A DNA stretch of 64,000 nt, taken from IMG/VR virus record IMGVR_UViG_3300021961_008712, positions 32,001 through 96,000 of that record. One strand, written 5' to 3'. The position numbers and the translations under genes are program-made. The notes below the pieces were generated by a model. It saw nothing but the letters and a program-made list of their open reading frames with translations, was not told the DNA's origin and did not search any database. Positions 49,167 to 59,828 of this stretch are shown here, piece by piece. This DNA comes from a virus. Within the stretch, counting starts at the first letter, position 1. The number at the start of each line of letters is the position of its first letter.

Positions 49167-52100
49167 ATGGCTGACGAATTTGATATTCCTTCTGGTGACG
49201 CTGCAGGATCTAAAGCTAGAAAAAAGCAATTAGACGACCTGAGAAAGAGTGCGGTCGATGCTCAAGCAGAGATAAAAACTCTAGCCCAAGAATTTAAGGA
49301 ACTAGAAAAAAGCGCTAAAGAAATAGGAGTAAAGCAGTATGTAACTTCTGCGGAAGTAGGCAAGGTATCTAAATTACAAGATGCAATGTCTAAAATGACT
49401 GTTGATACGCTTAAATCTGCATCAGCCCGTAAATCCTTTATGAATGATATCGTTAAAGCAGAACAAGAAGAAGCTGCTTTAATGCAAAAAAGAAAAGCTA
49501 TAGGTCTTGAAATTTCTAAGCTTGAACAAGATGCAGCTAGAAAAGAACAGGAAGCTAGAAATATTATTAAAGAAGCTACTAAAGAGTATCAAGAGGCTTT
49601 AGAGAAAGGAAATAAAAAAGCGATAACATCAGCAGAACAAAAACTTAAAGCTGCTGAAGCACAGGCTAAATATGCTCAATTAGATATTGCAGATAGTAAA
49701 ACAGCAATATCAAACCTCAAAGGTCAAGCTCACTTAGTTGATGAAAGAGTTAAACATCAAAAGGAGAGTATAGAAAAAGCTAAGGAGTTTCACAAAGAAA
49801 TAGATAAAATAAATAAAGCTGGAGGTAAGACCCTACAGGCATTTGCTAAGTTAGGTGAAACGCTTTCGTCAACTTTACCTATACTTGGCGGTGCGTTCAA
49901 TACATTATTTGGTTCACTAGGTAAGGCAGCTGAAATGTATCAAACTGCAGCAGCACAAGGTACAAGTAAATTAGGAGCCGGACTTAAAGCTGCTACTGGA
50001 ATGGTAAAATTACTTTCAGTAGCAATGGCAACAGGCTTTATTAAATTACTATTTGATGGAGCAAAGCTTGCTAGTGAAATAGGGGTAGAGGTAAGAAAGG
50101 GACTAGGAGGTGGAATGATTGATGCCGGAAAATCAATTGCAGCGGTTGGTCAAGCAGCTGGTGCACTTAGTATTCCAATTCAACAAGCAGCTGCTTTCGT
50201 AGGTCAAATGAACGACGCCTTAGGAACCTCAGCTGGATTTTCAGGAAAGATTTTAACTACCTTTGGTACTCTTACTACCAAAATGGGGGTATCTGCCGAA
50301 GCAGCAGCTAATCTATACGGTATGGCTGCTAAGTCAAATCAAGAGTTTGGCGAAATGGTCGAACTTATTGGAGGTACTACTGAAAAATTAAATGCTTCTA
50401 ACAAAGCAGCAATCGCTCCCAAAGCAGTATTCGAAGAGATGGGCAAACTATCTCAAGAAATACTTTTTAACAACAGTAAAAACCCTAACGCGTTAATTAA
50501 AGCAGCATACGGTGCAAGATTAATGGGTATGGAATTAAATAGGGTTGCAGAAGCAGCTGAATCTACTTTAGATTTTGAAGGTTCACTTCAAAAAGAAATG
50601 GAAGCTGAGTTAATTCTAGGAAAACAGTTAAATTTAGATAGATACCGCGCAGCGGCCGCTACTGGAGATACTGTAACTGCTCAAAAAGAATTGTCTAAAG
50701 CTATTGCGGAAAATAAAGATAAATTAAAAGGAAACGTACAGGCACAGAAATTATTTGCTGAGGCTTACGGCGTTTCCAAAGAAGAAGTAGCCAAAGCTGT
50801 CAATATGACAGAAAAGCAACAAAAAATCGCTAAACAAGACGCAGCAAGAAAAGAAGCTAATGACAAGGCTGCTAAAATGAGAGCAGAAGATCTTGGAAAA
50901 GCCCAATTAAAAGTATACCAGACTGTAGCTAAGCTATCTGACAGAATCCAAGCATTTCAAGATGCGATGGCGTTAGGAGCTAAGGCATTTTTTGATGATT
51001 TAAAAGCTGCATTTGATCCTAAAAATATCGGAGCATCTATAGGGAGAATTAAAGACCTAATTGTTAAAACCTTTAGAGATGCATTTAAAGGAGCTAATAA
51101 AGGTATATTAGCTAATGGAGGTATATTAGGTAAACTTTTAGGTGCAGGAGCGATAGCAGGCGGAACGATTACTCTTGGAATTAAAGGACTTAGCGCTTTA
51201 GGCGGTATGTTCAGTAAGATGAGAGGTACTAGAATGATGCCTATGTGGGTTAAAAACGTAGGTGATAAAGCTGCTGGTATGCTCGGCGGCCTGTTTGGTA
51301 GAAAAAAACCACCTCCATTACCAGGAGCCGCCAAAACAACAGGTATGTTTGCTGGTGTTCTTGGGAAGTTTAGTAAAGTAGGAGATAAGTTTGGTAAAGT
51401 AGGAGATACTTTAAAAGATAAACTACTAGGAAAAAAGATAGGAGGACAGTTTATAAAAGGCGGCGGAAGAGCCGCTGCAGGCGCTCGAGCAGGATTTTTT
51501 GGAAAAGGAGGTTTAGGAGCAGGCGCCGCTGGTTTAGGTGCAGGTATAAAACAAAGGCTGGGAGATTCTGTTGGAGGATTGAAAGATAAGCTAAAGGGCG
51601 GCGTTGGTGGTCTATTCGGCGGTAAAAAGAAAGGAGATAAAACTCAAGAAGCAGCAGCAAGTGGAGGAGGAGACGGTAAGTCTGTTATGCCACCAGGAGT
51701 AGATGATAAGAGCGGTGGAATCCTTAAAGGCTTTGCTATGGGGTTAAAAGCATTCGGGTCGGGTGCTGCCCAAATTCTGATAGGTGCAGCTGTATTAGGC
51801 GGTGTTATCATAACATTAGCAGCAGCAATTGGAATTGGCGGATTAATATTAGCCTCCATGATGCCTAAAATCGTCAAAGGAATGAAACCTATTGAAGAAA
51901 TTGATGCTGCTAAAATGACTAAGGGAGGTTTATCCTTAGTTGCTGTTGGAGCTGGTTTTGCTGCTTTAGGAGTTGGTATGGCAGCAATGGCAGTTGGAGG
52001 TTTATTCGGCGCAATTGGAGGTTTATTCGGCGGCGGAGGAGGTCTTGATGAAGAGACCATGAGTAAAATTGAAGATTTTGAAAAGTATAATTTAGATGAT

Positions 52101-53447
52101 AATAAAATCAAGAAAAATGCAGCTGCTGTAGTAGCCTACTCAAAAGGTATGGCTGCATTAGGTGCAGCAGGAATAGCTAGCGCCGTCGGTTCGTTAGGTA
52201 GTATGTTTAGCTCTTTATTTGATGCAGCAGTTGGGAAATCACAGCTAGATAAAGTTAAAGAGTTCGGTTCAATAGAACTACCAGTTGAAGCTATCAAGAA
52301 TAACGCCAATGCTTTAGTAGCGTACATGAAAGGTATGGCTGCATTAGGTGTAGCAGGAGTAGCTAGTGCTCTCGGTTCGTTAGGTAGTATGTTTAGCTCT
52401 TTATTTGATTCAATGGCTGGTAAATCACAGCTAGATAAGGTCAAAGAATTCGGTTCAGTAATACTGCCAACTGAAGCTATCAAGAATAACGCTGAAGCTT
52501 CTGTAGAGTACGCAAAGGCTATGCTAGCACTAGCAGCTTCAGGTGGAGCAGGAATGTTAGGTTCTTTAGGTAACTTAGGAAGTACCTTATTAGACGGTAT
52601 CAATGGTTTCTTTGGTGGAGAAGATCCTCTAACCAAGAACATACGTAAAATGAAGGAGTTTGGTAAAATTCAACTTGACGCCGGTCCAATTAAAGCAAAC
52701 GCAGAAGCAGTGGCTGCTTATGCTACTGCAATGGCTGCCTTGGCAAAAGCTCAAGGAGCAGGAGCATTAGGTTCTTTAGCAGAGGTGGGCAGTGCAGTAT
52801 TTGACGGAATTAAGAGCTTTTTTGGAGGTGGAGATTCCGGTAATGATACTATACCGGTTGATAAAATGATTGAATTTGGTAAGTTGCCACTAGCTCAACA
52901 TGCTGATGCTATTAAGGCAAATGCCGAAACTATTTCTAAATTTGGAACTGCAATGTCGTCAATGGAGGATTTTGATGACTATGCAGATGATATGGAAGAT
53001 GGAATAGATGATGCGATATCTGCAGCTAAGAAGTTGAGTAAGATGAAGGAAATAGATCTTGCAGGGGTTGCTTCATTAAAAAGAGCAGTAACTAAATACT
53101 TAAAACCTTTAGCAGATATAGATTTAGATGGACTACCGGGTAATGCTCGAGCAGCTCAAAGATTTGCCCGTGCTATGGCAACAGGAACTATACAGGCACG
53201 ACTGGAAATAGACACCTTCTTTAAGACAGAAATTGATGTACTTAAAAAAGAAATAGTCGACACCAGCAATAATGAGGTTACCGAACTTAGAAATATGATG
53301 GTAGCGAATGATGATATGCATAAAAAAGAACTAAAGGAATTGAAAGCTCAGTCAATGCTACTTTACAAGTATATTGCACAACCGCAAAATACAACTATTA
53401 GGCTAGATACATTTGATGTGGGAATGGCACTCAGAAATGGCCTATAA
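49167..53447 (+). CDS. Tape measure protein
   Basis: 1426 aa, Ala/Gly/Lys-rich helical, hydrophobic segments and internal repeats. Located after tube and chaperone. Confidence 0.88.
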   Translation: MADEFDIPSGDAAGSKARKKQLDDLRKSAVDAQAEIKTLAQEFKELEKSAKEIGVKQYVTSAEVGKVSKLQDAMSKMTVDTLKSASARKSFMNDIVKAEQEEAALMQKRKAIGLEISKLEQDAARKEQEARNIIKEATKEYQEALEKGNKKAITSAEQKLKAAEAQAKYAQLDIADSKTAISNLKGQAHLVDERVKHQKESIEKAKEFHKEIDKINKAGGKTLQAFAKLGETLSSTLPILGGAFNTLFGSLGKAAEMYQTAAAQGTSKLGAGLKAATGMVKLLSVAMATGFIKLLFDGAKLASEIGVEVRKGLGGGMIDAGKSIAAVGQAAGALSIPIQQAAAFVGQMNDALGTSAGFSGKILTTFGTLTTKMGVSAEAAANLYGMAAKSNQEFGEMVELIGGTTEKLNASNKAAIAPKAVFEEMGKLSQEILFNNSKNPNALIKAAYGARLMGMELNRVAEAAESTLDFEGSLQKEMEAELILGKQLNLDRYRAAAATGDTVTAQKELSKAIAENKDKLKGNVQAQKLFAEAYGVSKEEVAKAVNMTEKQQKIAKQDAARKEANDKAAKMRAEDLGKAQLKVYQTVAKLSDRIQAFQDAMALGAKAFFDDLKAAFDPKNIGASIGRIKDLIVKTFRDAFKGANKGILANGGILGKLLGAGAIAGGTITLGIKGLSALGGMFSKMRGTRMMPMWVKNVGDKAAGMLGGLFGRKKPPPLPGAAKTTGMFAGVLGKFSKVGDKFGKVGDTLKDKLLGKKIGGQFIKGGGRAAAGARAGFFGKGGLGAGAAGLGAGIKQRLGDSVGGLKDKLKGGVGGLFGGKKKGDKTQEAAASGGGDGKSVMPPGVDDKSGGILKGFAMGLKAFGSGAAQILIGAAVLGGVIITLAAAIGIGGLILASMMPKIVKGMKPIEEIDAAKMTKGGLSLVAVGAGFAALGVGMAAMAVGGLFGAIGGLFGGGGGLDEETMSKIEDFEKYNLDDNKIKKNAAAVVAYSKGMAALGAAGIASAVGSLGSMFSSLFDAAVGKSQLDKVKEFGSIELPVEAIKNNANALVAYMKGMAALGVAGVASALGSLGSMFSSLFDSMAGKSQLDKVKEFGSVILPTEAIKNNAEASVEYAKAMLALAASGGAGMLGSLGNLGSTLLDGINGFFGGEDPLTKNIRKMKEFGKIQLDAGPIKANAEAVAAYATAMAALAKAQGAGALGSLAEVGSAVFDGIKSFFGGGDSGNDTIPVDKMIEFGKLPLAQHADAIKANAETISKFGTAMSSMEDFDDYADDMEDGIDDAISAAKKLSKMKEIDLAGVASLKRAVTKYLKPLADIDLDGLPGNARAAQRFARAMATGTIQARLEIDTFFKTEIDVLKKEIVDTSNNEVTELRNMMVANDDMHKKELKELKAQSMLLYKYIAQPQNTTIRLDTFDVGMALRNGL
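52143..52491 (+). repeat. 186-bp (62-aa) tandem repeat in the tape measure gene
   Basis: AAAGGTATGGCTGCATTAGGTG at 52143 and 52329. More diverged units follow. Confidence 0.85.
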
Positions 53448-53454
53448 AACAGAC

Positions 53455-53462
53455 TATTTATA
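53455..53462 (+). promoter_or_regulatory. TATTTATA putative late promoter
   Basis: Intergenic motif upstream of 53493. Confidence 0.65.
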
Positions 53463-53492
53463 ACAAACATTAACCTTAAAACTAAAACAATT

Positions 53493-53717
53493 ATGCCACT
53501 TAAAGACTTAGTAACTCAAAGCACATTATCGTTAAAAGGTGAAACTCCTGCAGTAAGACCTGGAGCAGAAGCTATAAATGATTTACACTTTGTTGGAGGA
53601 AATCACGTACATTCAGATGCTAATAAGCCAATGACTCAGTTAGGAACTGCAGCAGGTACTTTACAAGGATCTAAATTTAATCAGACTACTCCTTACGCAA
53701 ACCCAGAAGTACAATAA
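53493..53717 (+). CDS. Small hypothetical protein
   Basis: 74-aa ORF with an A-rich leader. Confidence 0.6.
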   Translation: MPLKDLVTQSTLSLKGETPAVRPGAEAINDLHFVGGNHVHSDANKPMTQLGTAAGTLQGSKFNQTTPYANPEVQ

Positions 53718-53720
53718 AAA

Positions 53721-55004
53721 ATGGCATTAGTAGACCTTAAAACAGATCTTAAATCTTTAAAGTTCGAATCAGGTTTAAATAATAAACCATTCGTTGTTAA
53801 AGATATAGATGAAGAAGGCGGCGCTAACTCAATGTTAGCCGTACAAGGCATTCTCGCTAGTAAGCGATTGGATGACACTATACGTATGGCTAAATTAGTT
53901 ATAGCAAAACCGGGTCTATCTCATGTCGCAAAACAAGCAATAAACGCTTTTATCAATTCTGCTGATACAAAAGCACAGTACGAAGGTGGAAACTTCAAGT
54001 TAGGAAAAGAACTAATAGATAAAGCTTTAGACTTACTTACTACTGCTGTAACTAATATTGGACAGACTCCTTTAAATGGACTAGGACTACATTTACATAA
54101 AGGTAACTTAGAATTTAAAGGAGATGCATATAGAGATTATACTAAAAGAGAATTTGGAGGAAAAACCTTTGACCACAAAGGTAGGATGATAACACAAGGG
54201 CATTCTACTAATATTGCTGCAGGTGTTAAAAAGACTAAAAAAATACCTTTAAACGAGGTCGGTGATGCAGCAAATCAAGGTAAAATAAACTACAAGCATA
54301 AATCAGCAGATTTTAACACACTTGATGGACTTGGCTCAGAAGGATATGTTCGCAAAACAGTTCCCGGTGGAGATAGTGATAAAATCAAAGATCTAGTTGA
54401 TTTTAAAATATACGTATATGATCAAGGAAATACAGAAGAAGCAGCATTAATACAGTTTAGAGCTTTATTAGATAGCTTTAGTGATAACTTTACTGCTAAC
54501 TGGAACTCAAGTCAGCTTATAGGTAGACCAGAATCTTTTGTTAACTATACTGGATTTGGTAGAAACGTAAGTATTGGATTTAAAATAGCAGCTTTTAGTA
54601 GAGCTGAATTAATGCCTTTATATGCTAAACTTAACTATCTAGTATCCACAACCGCTCCAACTTTCTCAGATGATGGACTCTTCATGAGAGGTACTTTAGT
54701 TAGGATAACTTTAGGAGATTACCTAGATAAAGCATGGGCTAATATAGGTACTATAGGGCTTAACTGGCAAACAAACTATCCTTGGGAAATCAGACTAGAC
54801 GATGGAAAAGAAAAAGACATAATGGTTCTACCCCATGTTCTCGATGTTACTTTATCGGCCGATATTCATCATGATTTTATTCCTCAAACCGGGTATATGC
54901 CGTATATAGGATTAAATAATCAAAAGTTTTTACCTTATGATGGTAAAGGTCCAACTAAAAAAGCAGGAGAATCAATGTCTTCCTTTGACAACATTACAGG
55001 CTAA
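53721..55004 (+). CDS. Baseplate / tube-initiator-like protein
   Basis: FRA.L.SFSD...ANW....IGR.E....Y.GF.R tube-fold motif. Located after the tape measure. Confidence 0.7.
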   Translation: MALVDLKTDLKSLKFESGLNNKPFVVKDIDEEGGANSMLAVQGILASKRLDDTIRMAKLVIAKPGLSHVAKQAINAFINSADTKAQYEGGNFKLGKELIDKALDLLTTAVTNIGQTPLNGLGLHLHKGNLEFKGDAYRDYTKREFGGKTFDHKGRMITQGHSTNIAAGVKKTKKIPLNEVGDAANQGKINYKHKSADFNTLDGLGSEGYVRKTVPGGDSDKIKDLVDFKIYVYDQGNTEEAALIQFRALLDSFSDNFTANWNSSQLIGRPESFVNYTGFGRNVSIGFKIAAFSRAELMPLYAKLNYLVSTTAPTFSDDGLFMRGTLVRITLGDYLDKAWANIGTIGLNWQTNYPWEIRLDDGKEKDIMVLPHVLDVTLSADIHHDFIPQTGYMPYIGLNNQKFLPYDGKGPTKKAGESMSSFDNITG

Positions 55005-55309
55005 TGAACAGATATCAAACAATATTGAAAAATAAAACCGAAGAGGGTAAAAGATATATACAAAATGCTATATATCCGGATATACCTGAATCTGTTGAGG
55101 ATATATATGTTATTACCACTGTAGGAGATAGATACGATACTTTAGCTCAACAGTTCTACAGAGATTCATCTCTCTGGTGGATTATTGCAAGTGCTAATCC
55201 TAGCAACAAAAGCGATAGCCTGGTACCTACCCCAGGATTACAATTAAGAATTCCTGGAAACCATACTAGCATACTTAGAGATTATGAGATTATAAACAAT
55301 AAAAGGTAG
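55004..55309 (+). CDS. LysM-like baseplate wedge protein (gp53 / tail X-like)
   Basis: GDRYDTLAQQFY.DSSLWWIIASAN...G.QLRIP. Confidence 0.85.
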   Translation: MNRYQTILKNKTEEGKRYIQNAIYPDIPESVEDIYVITTVGDRYDTLAQQFYRDSSLWWIIASANPSNKSDSLVPTPGLQLRIPGNHTSILRDYEIINNKR

Positions 55310-55312
55310 GTT

Positions 55313-57442
55313 ATGTCAAATATATTTTTACAACCCTCTTTACCCTCCATTTCTACAATCAATAAAGAGGTAATTCAGCAGTTAAATTATAGAAGCAAAC
55401 TTTATTCTAAGCAGTTTGACCAACCCCATTTTACTCAGCAATTTTTAAATTCTAATAATGCGTGGGTAAGGGTAGTATCTGGAGTTGATCTTGATCAAGA
55501 ACCTGATGCGTGGAAAAAATTTATTCTCCAAGGAGGTACATTAGATCAAGAAGGTGCCAAATTAAGAGCAGGGTTTGATACAACTCGACCTTATGACATT
55601 AGCCCTTCTACATTTTATAATTTTGAAGAAAATGAAGGATTAGTTCCTTCACCAGGTATTACTAGCTTTCAAGTAGTCAATAAAGGCTCTGGAGGATGGT
55701 CTAGAAAAGTTTCTCTTACCATAAAATGCTATTCTAGAGAACAGTTAGCATTTATGGAACAGCTATACATGAGACCAGGGTTTCCTGTTTTTGTTGAATG
55801 GGGACATTCAGTATACCTAGACATTGATGGAAAACCGGTATTTAATCCGGCATTGAGTACTAAAGTACTAGAAGCTAAACCAAAACCATCTGAATTAAAA
55901 GAAGAGGCAGGATCACTAGTTAGTAAGAGTGGGTATAATTATGATTATTTAAGTGGAGTAGTATTTAATTACAATTGGAAGTATGAACCCGGATACTATG
56001 AGCTAGCTGTTGATATTATGGGCGAAGGAGATGCATCTGCGTTAGTTAAGTCTGTGTATGGAACGGGAGGAAAAAAACCAAGTGAAAACCAAGAAGGAGT
56101 CGGAATTGAATTTGATGAAAAATTAATAGCAACTAATCCCCTAAGTGGTATTTTTAAAGCTATCAGTAATTGTGTTAAGCCTAAATTAGATCAAGGATTT
56201 AAACCGTATTTAATTAAAGAAGATAGTTTAAATAAAGCAATAAGGCCTTTTAAGTCTGATATAGATAAAATAGTAGAACAGATCGGTAATGGTTTTAAAC
56301 TTGAAGCGTACTGCTTACCAGTTACTTCAAAAGCATTAGAAGTAGAGTTTGTATATGTAAAATTAAAGTTTTTAATAGGGCTTATAAACTACTACTTTAT
56401 TCCTAAGTTGAACGGAGATTCAGCACCTACTGGTAAATTTACCACAGATGCAGATAGATGTTACTATGTTACATACCCGGATCATTTTAGTGCTGATATT
56501 TCAACTTGTCTTCTACCTCAACAGACCGGAACAGTAGGAATAGACACAAAAGATCTCCCAGGTAAAAGAGAAAAGCTAGCAGGTGATATTTTAGACATTT
56601 ATGTAAATGTAAGTACAGTACACTCCCTGTACAATGAAATGAAATCACAGTCTAACGACACAGAAAAATTTACAATTGATGCATTTTTATCAAATCTTTT
56701 ATCGAAAATTCAAGTATCACTTGGCAATGTTAATAATTTTCAACTATATAATGATTATTACCTAAAAAATGAATTAGGTCCAAGTTCAATTGTAGACATG
56801 GAAGCCGTGCCCGCACCAGAAGGTAATGATCCAGAGAACTACACCTTACCGGTAGCAGGAAAAAATTCTATGGTTTCTAGTTTTAGTATTAACAGTCAGC
56901 TTAGTAAAAATATGATTGATTATATAGCTGCTCAAGCAATAATAACTGGACAGTCTGCAGCAAGAGGCGTTGGGGATTCAATGAGTAGATTCAACTCAGG
57001 AGTGAAAAAAAGATTTATAGAATCTACTGATGATACTAAATCTGGTGATGATGTTACAGCAGAAAAAACATATAGTGAAACTTTAGCTGATTATAAGAAA
57101 ATATGGACAGATATGATGGCTAAGGGCTCTATTGATGAAGATACCTTTACAGCCATGACCGAAGAAGCTAGTTATTACATACAGTATGAATTAGCAAAAG
57201 CAATATCAGAGGAAGGAGAAGACGGAAAAAAGAAAGGACATATCGGAGCAAATCTTTCAATAGAATTACTTGGTATTGGTGGACTTAAAGTTCTTGAATT
57301 TTTTAACATACCTGCTGAACTGTTACCTTATAGTTATAAAGAAGCAGGAGTAGCATTCCAAATTATAAACATATCTCATGATATACAAAATGGTAAATGG
57401 TTAACTAAGATAGAAGCTAGAGCAATAATTTTAGGAAAGTAA
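55313..57442 (+). CDS. Putative baseplate hub protein
   Basis: P.PGITS, LYMRPG..V.VEWG and C-terminal FQI.NISH.I....W.T.I. Synteny agrees. Confidence 0.65.
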   Translation: MSNIFLQPSLPSISTINKEVIQQLNYRSKLYSKQFDQPHFTQQFLNSNNAWVRVVSGVDLDQEPDAWKKFILQGGTLDQEGAKLRAGFDTTRPYDISPSTFYNFEENEGLVPSPGITSFQVVNKGSGGWSRKVSLTIKCYSREQLAFMEQLYMRPGFPVFVEWGHSVYLDIDGKPVFNPALSTKVLEAKPKPSELKEEAGSLVSKSGYNYDYLSGVVFNYNWKYEPGYYELAVDIMGEGDASALVKSVYGTGGKKPSENQEGVGIEFDEKLIATNPLSGIFKAISNCVKPKLDQGFKPYLIKEDSLNKAIRPFKSDIDKIVEQIGNGFKLEAYCLPVTSKALEVEFVYVKLKFLIGLINYYFIPKLNGDSAPTGKFTTDADRCYYVTYPDHFSADISTCLLPQQTGTVGIDTKDLPGKREKLAGDILDIYVNVSTVHSLYNEMKSQSNDTEKFTIDAFLSNLLSKIQVSLGNVNNFQLYNDYYLKNELGPSSIVDMEAVPAPEGNDPENYTLPVAGKNSMVSSFSINSQLSKNMIDYIAAQAIITGQSAARGVGDSMSRFNSGVKKRFIESTDDTKSGDDVTAEKTYSETLADYKKIWTDMMAKGSIDEDTFTAMTEEASYYIQYELAKAISEEGEDGKKKGHIGANLSIELLGIGGLKVLEFFNIPAELLPYSYKEAGVAFQIINISHDIQNGKWLTKIEARAIILGK

Positions 57443-57443
57443 T

Positions 57444-57977
57444 ATGTTTTTACCTAAATCTAAATATAAAGGACCCTTTACCGCCACTGGTGGTGATAAT
57501 GAACTATTGGTTAAAGATACTCTACAGCCATATAGAGGAAAGTATATTGTTACTTACAAAAACCAATACTTTGAAGGCGAAACACCTCAAGAAGCTAAGA
57601 AAGAATTAATCTTTAAAAAAGATTATGAACAATCTCTAAAGCAAGACAATAACCTTAGACCATTAGTAGCCTTCAATGAAGGACCATCAGAAAGCGATTA
57701 TAAAAATAAAAAATATACAAGATATTTTGTAAAAGACTTGCGTAAGGGTAAGATACTGGAGGTTAACCTTAAAGAATTCAACACTGCCAAAGAATACCCA
57801 GCATATTCTGTACTTCAGTTAGTTTGGGATCTATCTAAACCTGCAGATGATACAATGTACAGAGGATATCTATACATCGGTTCTGCTACCAAAAATCAGA
57901 ATACTATAAACGAATCAGAAAAAGTAATGAAAGGTATAAAAAATTACCTAAAAGACCCAAAAGAGTTTGTCCTTTAA
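57444..57977 (+). CDS. Hypothetical (probably baseplate-associated) protein
   Basis: 177-aa ORF closing the tail module. Contains P...DY....Y.RYF.K. Confidence 0.6.
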   Translation: MFLPKSKYKGPFTATGGDNELLVKDTLQPYRGKYIVTYKNQYFEGETPQEAKKELIFKKDYEQSLKQDNNLRPLVAFNEGPSESDYKNKKYTRYFVKDLRKGKILEVNLKEFNTAKEYPAYSVLQLVWDLSKPADDTMYRGYLYIGSATKNQNTINESEKVMKGIKNYLKDPKEFVL

Positions 57978-57994
57978 CTTTTTGTGCGTATATT
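57966..57994 (+). promoter_or_regulatory. Sigma70-like promoter TTTGTC-N17-TATATT
   Basis: At the start of the replication block. Confidence 0.55.
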
Positions 57995-58020
57995 AGTATA
58001 AAGTAAAAGGTTTTACAAAA

Positions 58021-59346
58021 GTGTTTTATATAGTTGAACAAGAAGATAAGTTAGAAAGATTAGAAAGGCTAGTTAGGCTTGGATGTTATGTTGATATAAT
58101 AAAGTCAAATAACAACTACCACTCAAAGCTTTCCTCTTTAGTTGCCGTATATATCAGATTGATAGGTTCAAAGAACGGCTACATCATTCCAATAAATCAT
58201 AGTGAAGGCTTAAACGTAGAAAAAGAACGTGTCTTAGCACTTCTAAGTAAGGCTACTAAACTATATACATTAGATAAGAAAGACTTACTCTACTACTTTA
58301 ATCTACAGGGAGCAACAGATTTATCCTTACTTTATAGCATGGTTAAGTATGACCGGCTAGAATATGTTCGTGAATCTAATAAGATTAATCACTTTTACAA
58401 TAAACATAGGAATTTTTCTGAAGTAAATAAGATTATTCCTATTAGTATTCTATACGGTAATTGTGAAAACATTTACAGTCAGGTAGAAAAAGTAATTGAG
58501 TACGAAGTTCCAAAAGGATTTGAATTTTATAATACAACTGCAACGAATGTTTTTTACCTTTTAGAACAAGATGGATTAGGGGTGTACTATGACGCATTTG
58601 TAAATCTTTTTACTCCTAAAGATCCTTTAAATAATATTAAAGATAATACAGTATATACCTCTTATAATTTATACAATGCTACATCTCGCCCTACTAACGC
58701 TTTCAATTCTGTTAATTTTGCTGCTATTCCAAAAACAGCAGAACACAGAAAATGTTTCCGACCGCAAGGAGATTACTTTGTGGAGTTTGATTTTGATGGC
58801 TATCATCTTAGGCTCTTATCTGAACAGATAGGTTACCCGCTAACTAACGAATCTGCTCATAAACAGTTAGCTAAACTCTATTTTGAAAAAGAAGAGATTA
58901 CTGATGAAGAATATAATCAAGCAAAACAGATTAACTTTCACGCAATTTATGGTAAAATACCCGAAAAGTTTGCTTTTTTAGAAATATTTGAAAAAATTCA
59001 AGGGTATATCGATAGCATATGGAGTGCTTATACTAATGATGGGGTGGTTTACAACCCTATCTCTAATAAGCCTTTTACAAAAGAACTAAAAGACATGCAT
59101 CCGCAGAAATTAATGAACTATATGATGCAATCTTTAGAAACATCACGAAATATTAACATACTAAAAGATGTTCTTAGATATTTAAAAGATAAAAAATCTA
59201 AAGTAGTACTTTATACTTACGATGCATTACTTTTTGACTTTTATAAAGAGGATGGTAAAGACACATTAGACGATATTGAACGAATACTAAGCGAAAACGG
59301 GAAATACCCAGTTAGATTTAAGTATTCACAAAACTTAGTTTTATAG
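58021..59346 (+). CDS. Compact family A DNA polymerase-like protein
   Basis: TSRP, motif A EFDFDGYHLRL, motif B AKQINFHAIYG, NY.MQ and motif C YTYDALLFD. Confidence 0.8.
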   Translation: MFYIVEQEDKLERLERLVRLGCYVDIIKSNNNYHSKLSSLVAVYIRLIGSKNGYIIPINHSEGLNVEKERVLALLSKATKLYTLDKKDLLYYFNLQGATDLSLLYSMVKYDRLEYVRESNKINHFYNKHRNFSEVNKIIPISILYGNCENIYSQVEKVIEYEVPKGFEFYNTTATNVFYLLEQDGLGVYYDAFVNLFTPKDPLNNIKDNTVYTSYNLYNATSRPTNAFNSVNFAAIPKTAEHRKCFRPQGDYFVEFDFDGYHLRLLSEQIGYPLTNESAHKQLAKLYFEKEEITDEEYNQAKQINFHAIYGKIPEKFAFLEIFEKIQGYIDSIWSAYTNDGVVYNPISNKPFTKELKDMHPQKLMNYMMQSLETSRNINILKDVLRYLKDKKSKVVLYTYDALLFDFYKEDGKDTLDDIERILSENGKYPVRFKYSQNLVL

Positions 59347-59369
59347 ATTAATAATATATTTATATGTAA

Positions 59370-59828
59370 ATGAAAACAGTTATAGAAAGTAACCGATTCG
59401 ACTATGATTTCGGGGTAACAAGTTTAAACGAAGATATGAGCAATAAACTATTCTGTACATTCTCTACTACTGATGAGTTAGAGAATACTTTAAATGAGAT
59501 ACAGGAGAGATATAGAATTATTTACAACAAAATATTTGTTTTGTACTCAAAAAGTCAAGACGAATATATCTGCACGTATAATGTAGATTATGTTAATGTT
59601 TCTAATTTTCTAGAAAATACTATATTAGTACACAGAAAAAAAGAGTCCAACACACTTTATACAATCAACGCACTTAATACACTAGTTAAGGAACTTAACA
59701 ACGGCGTCCTTGATAAGGACTTTAAGATTGACTGGAATGACTACAGAAACTGCATACTACTCACAAAAGGACCAGAACTAAAACGAATTAATACAAAACT
59801 TTTTCGTATAGTAGAGTTGGAATCCTGA
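59370..59828 (+). CDS. Hypothetical protein (152 aa)
   Basis: Full-length ORF with TATTTATA at 59357 immediately upstream. Confidence 0.7.
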   Translation: MKTVIESNRFDYDFGVTSLNEDMSNKLFCTFSTTDELENTLNEIQERYRIIYNKIFVLYSKSQDEYICTYNVDYVNVSNFLENTILVHRKKESNTLYTINALNTLVKELNNGVLDKDFKIDWNDYRNCILLTKGPELKRINTKLFRIVELES

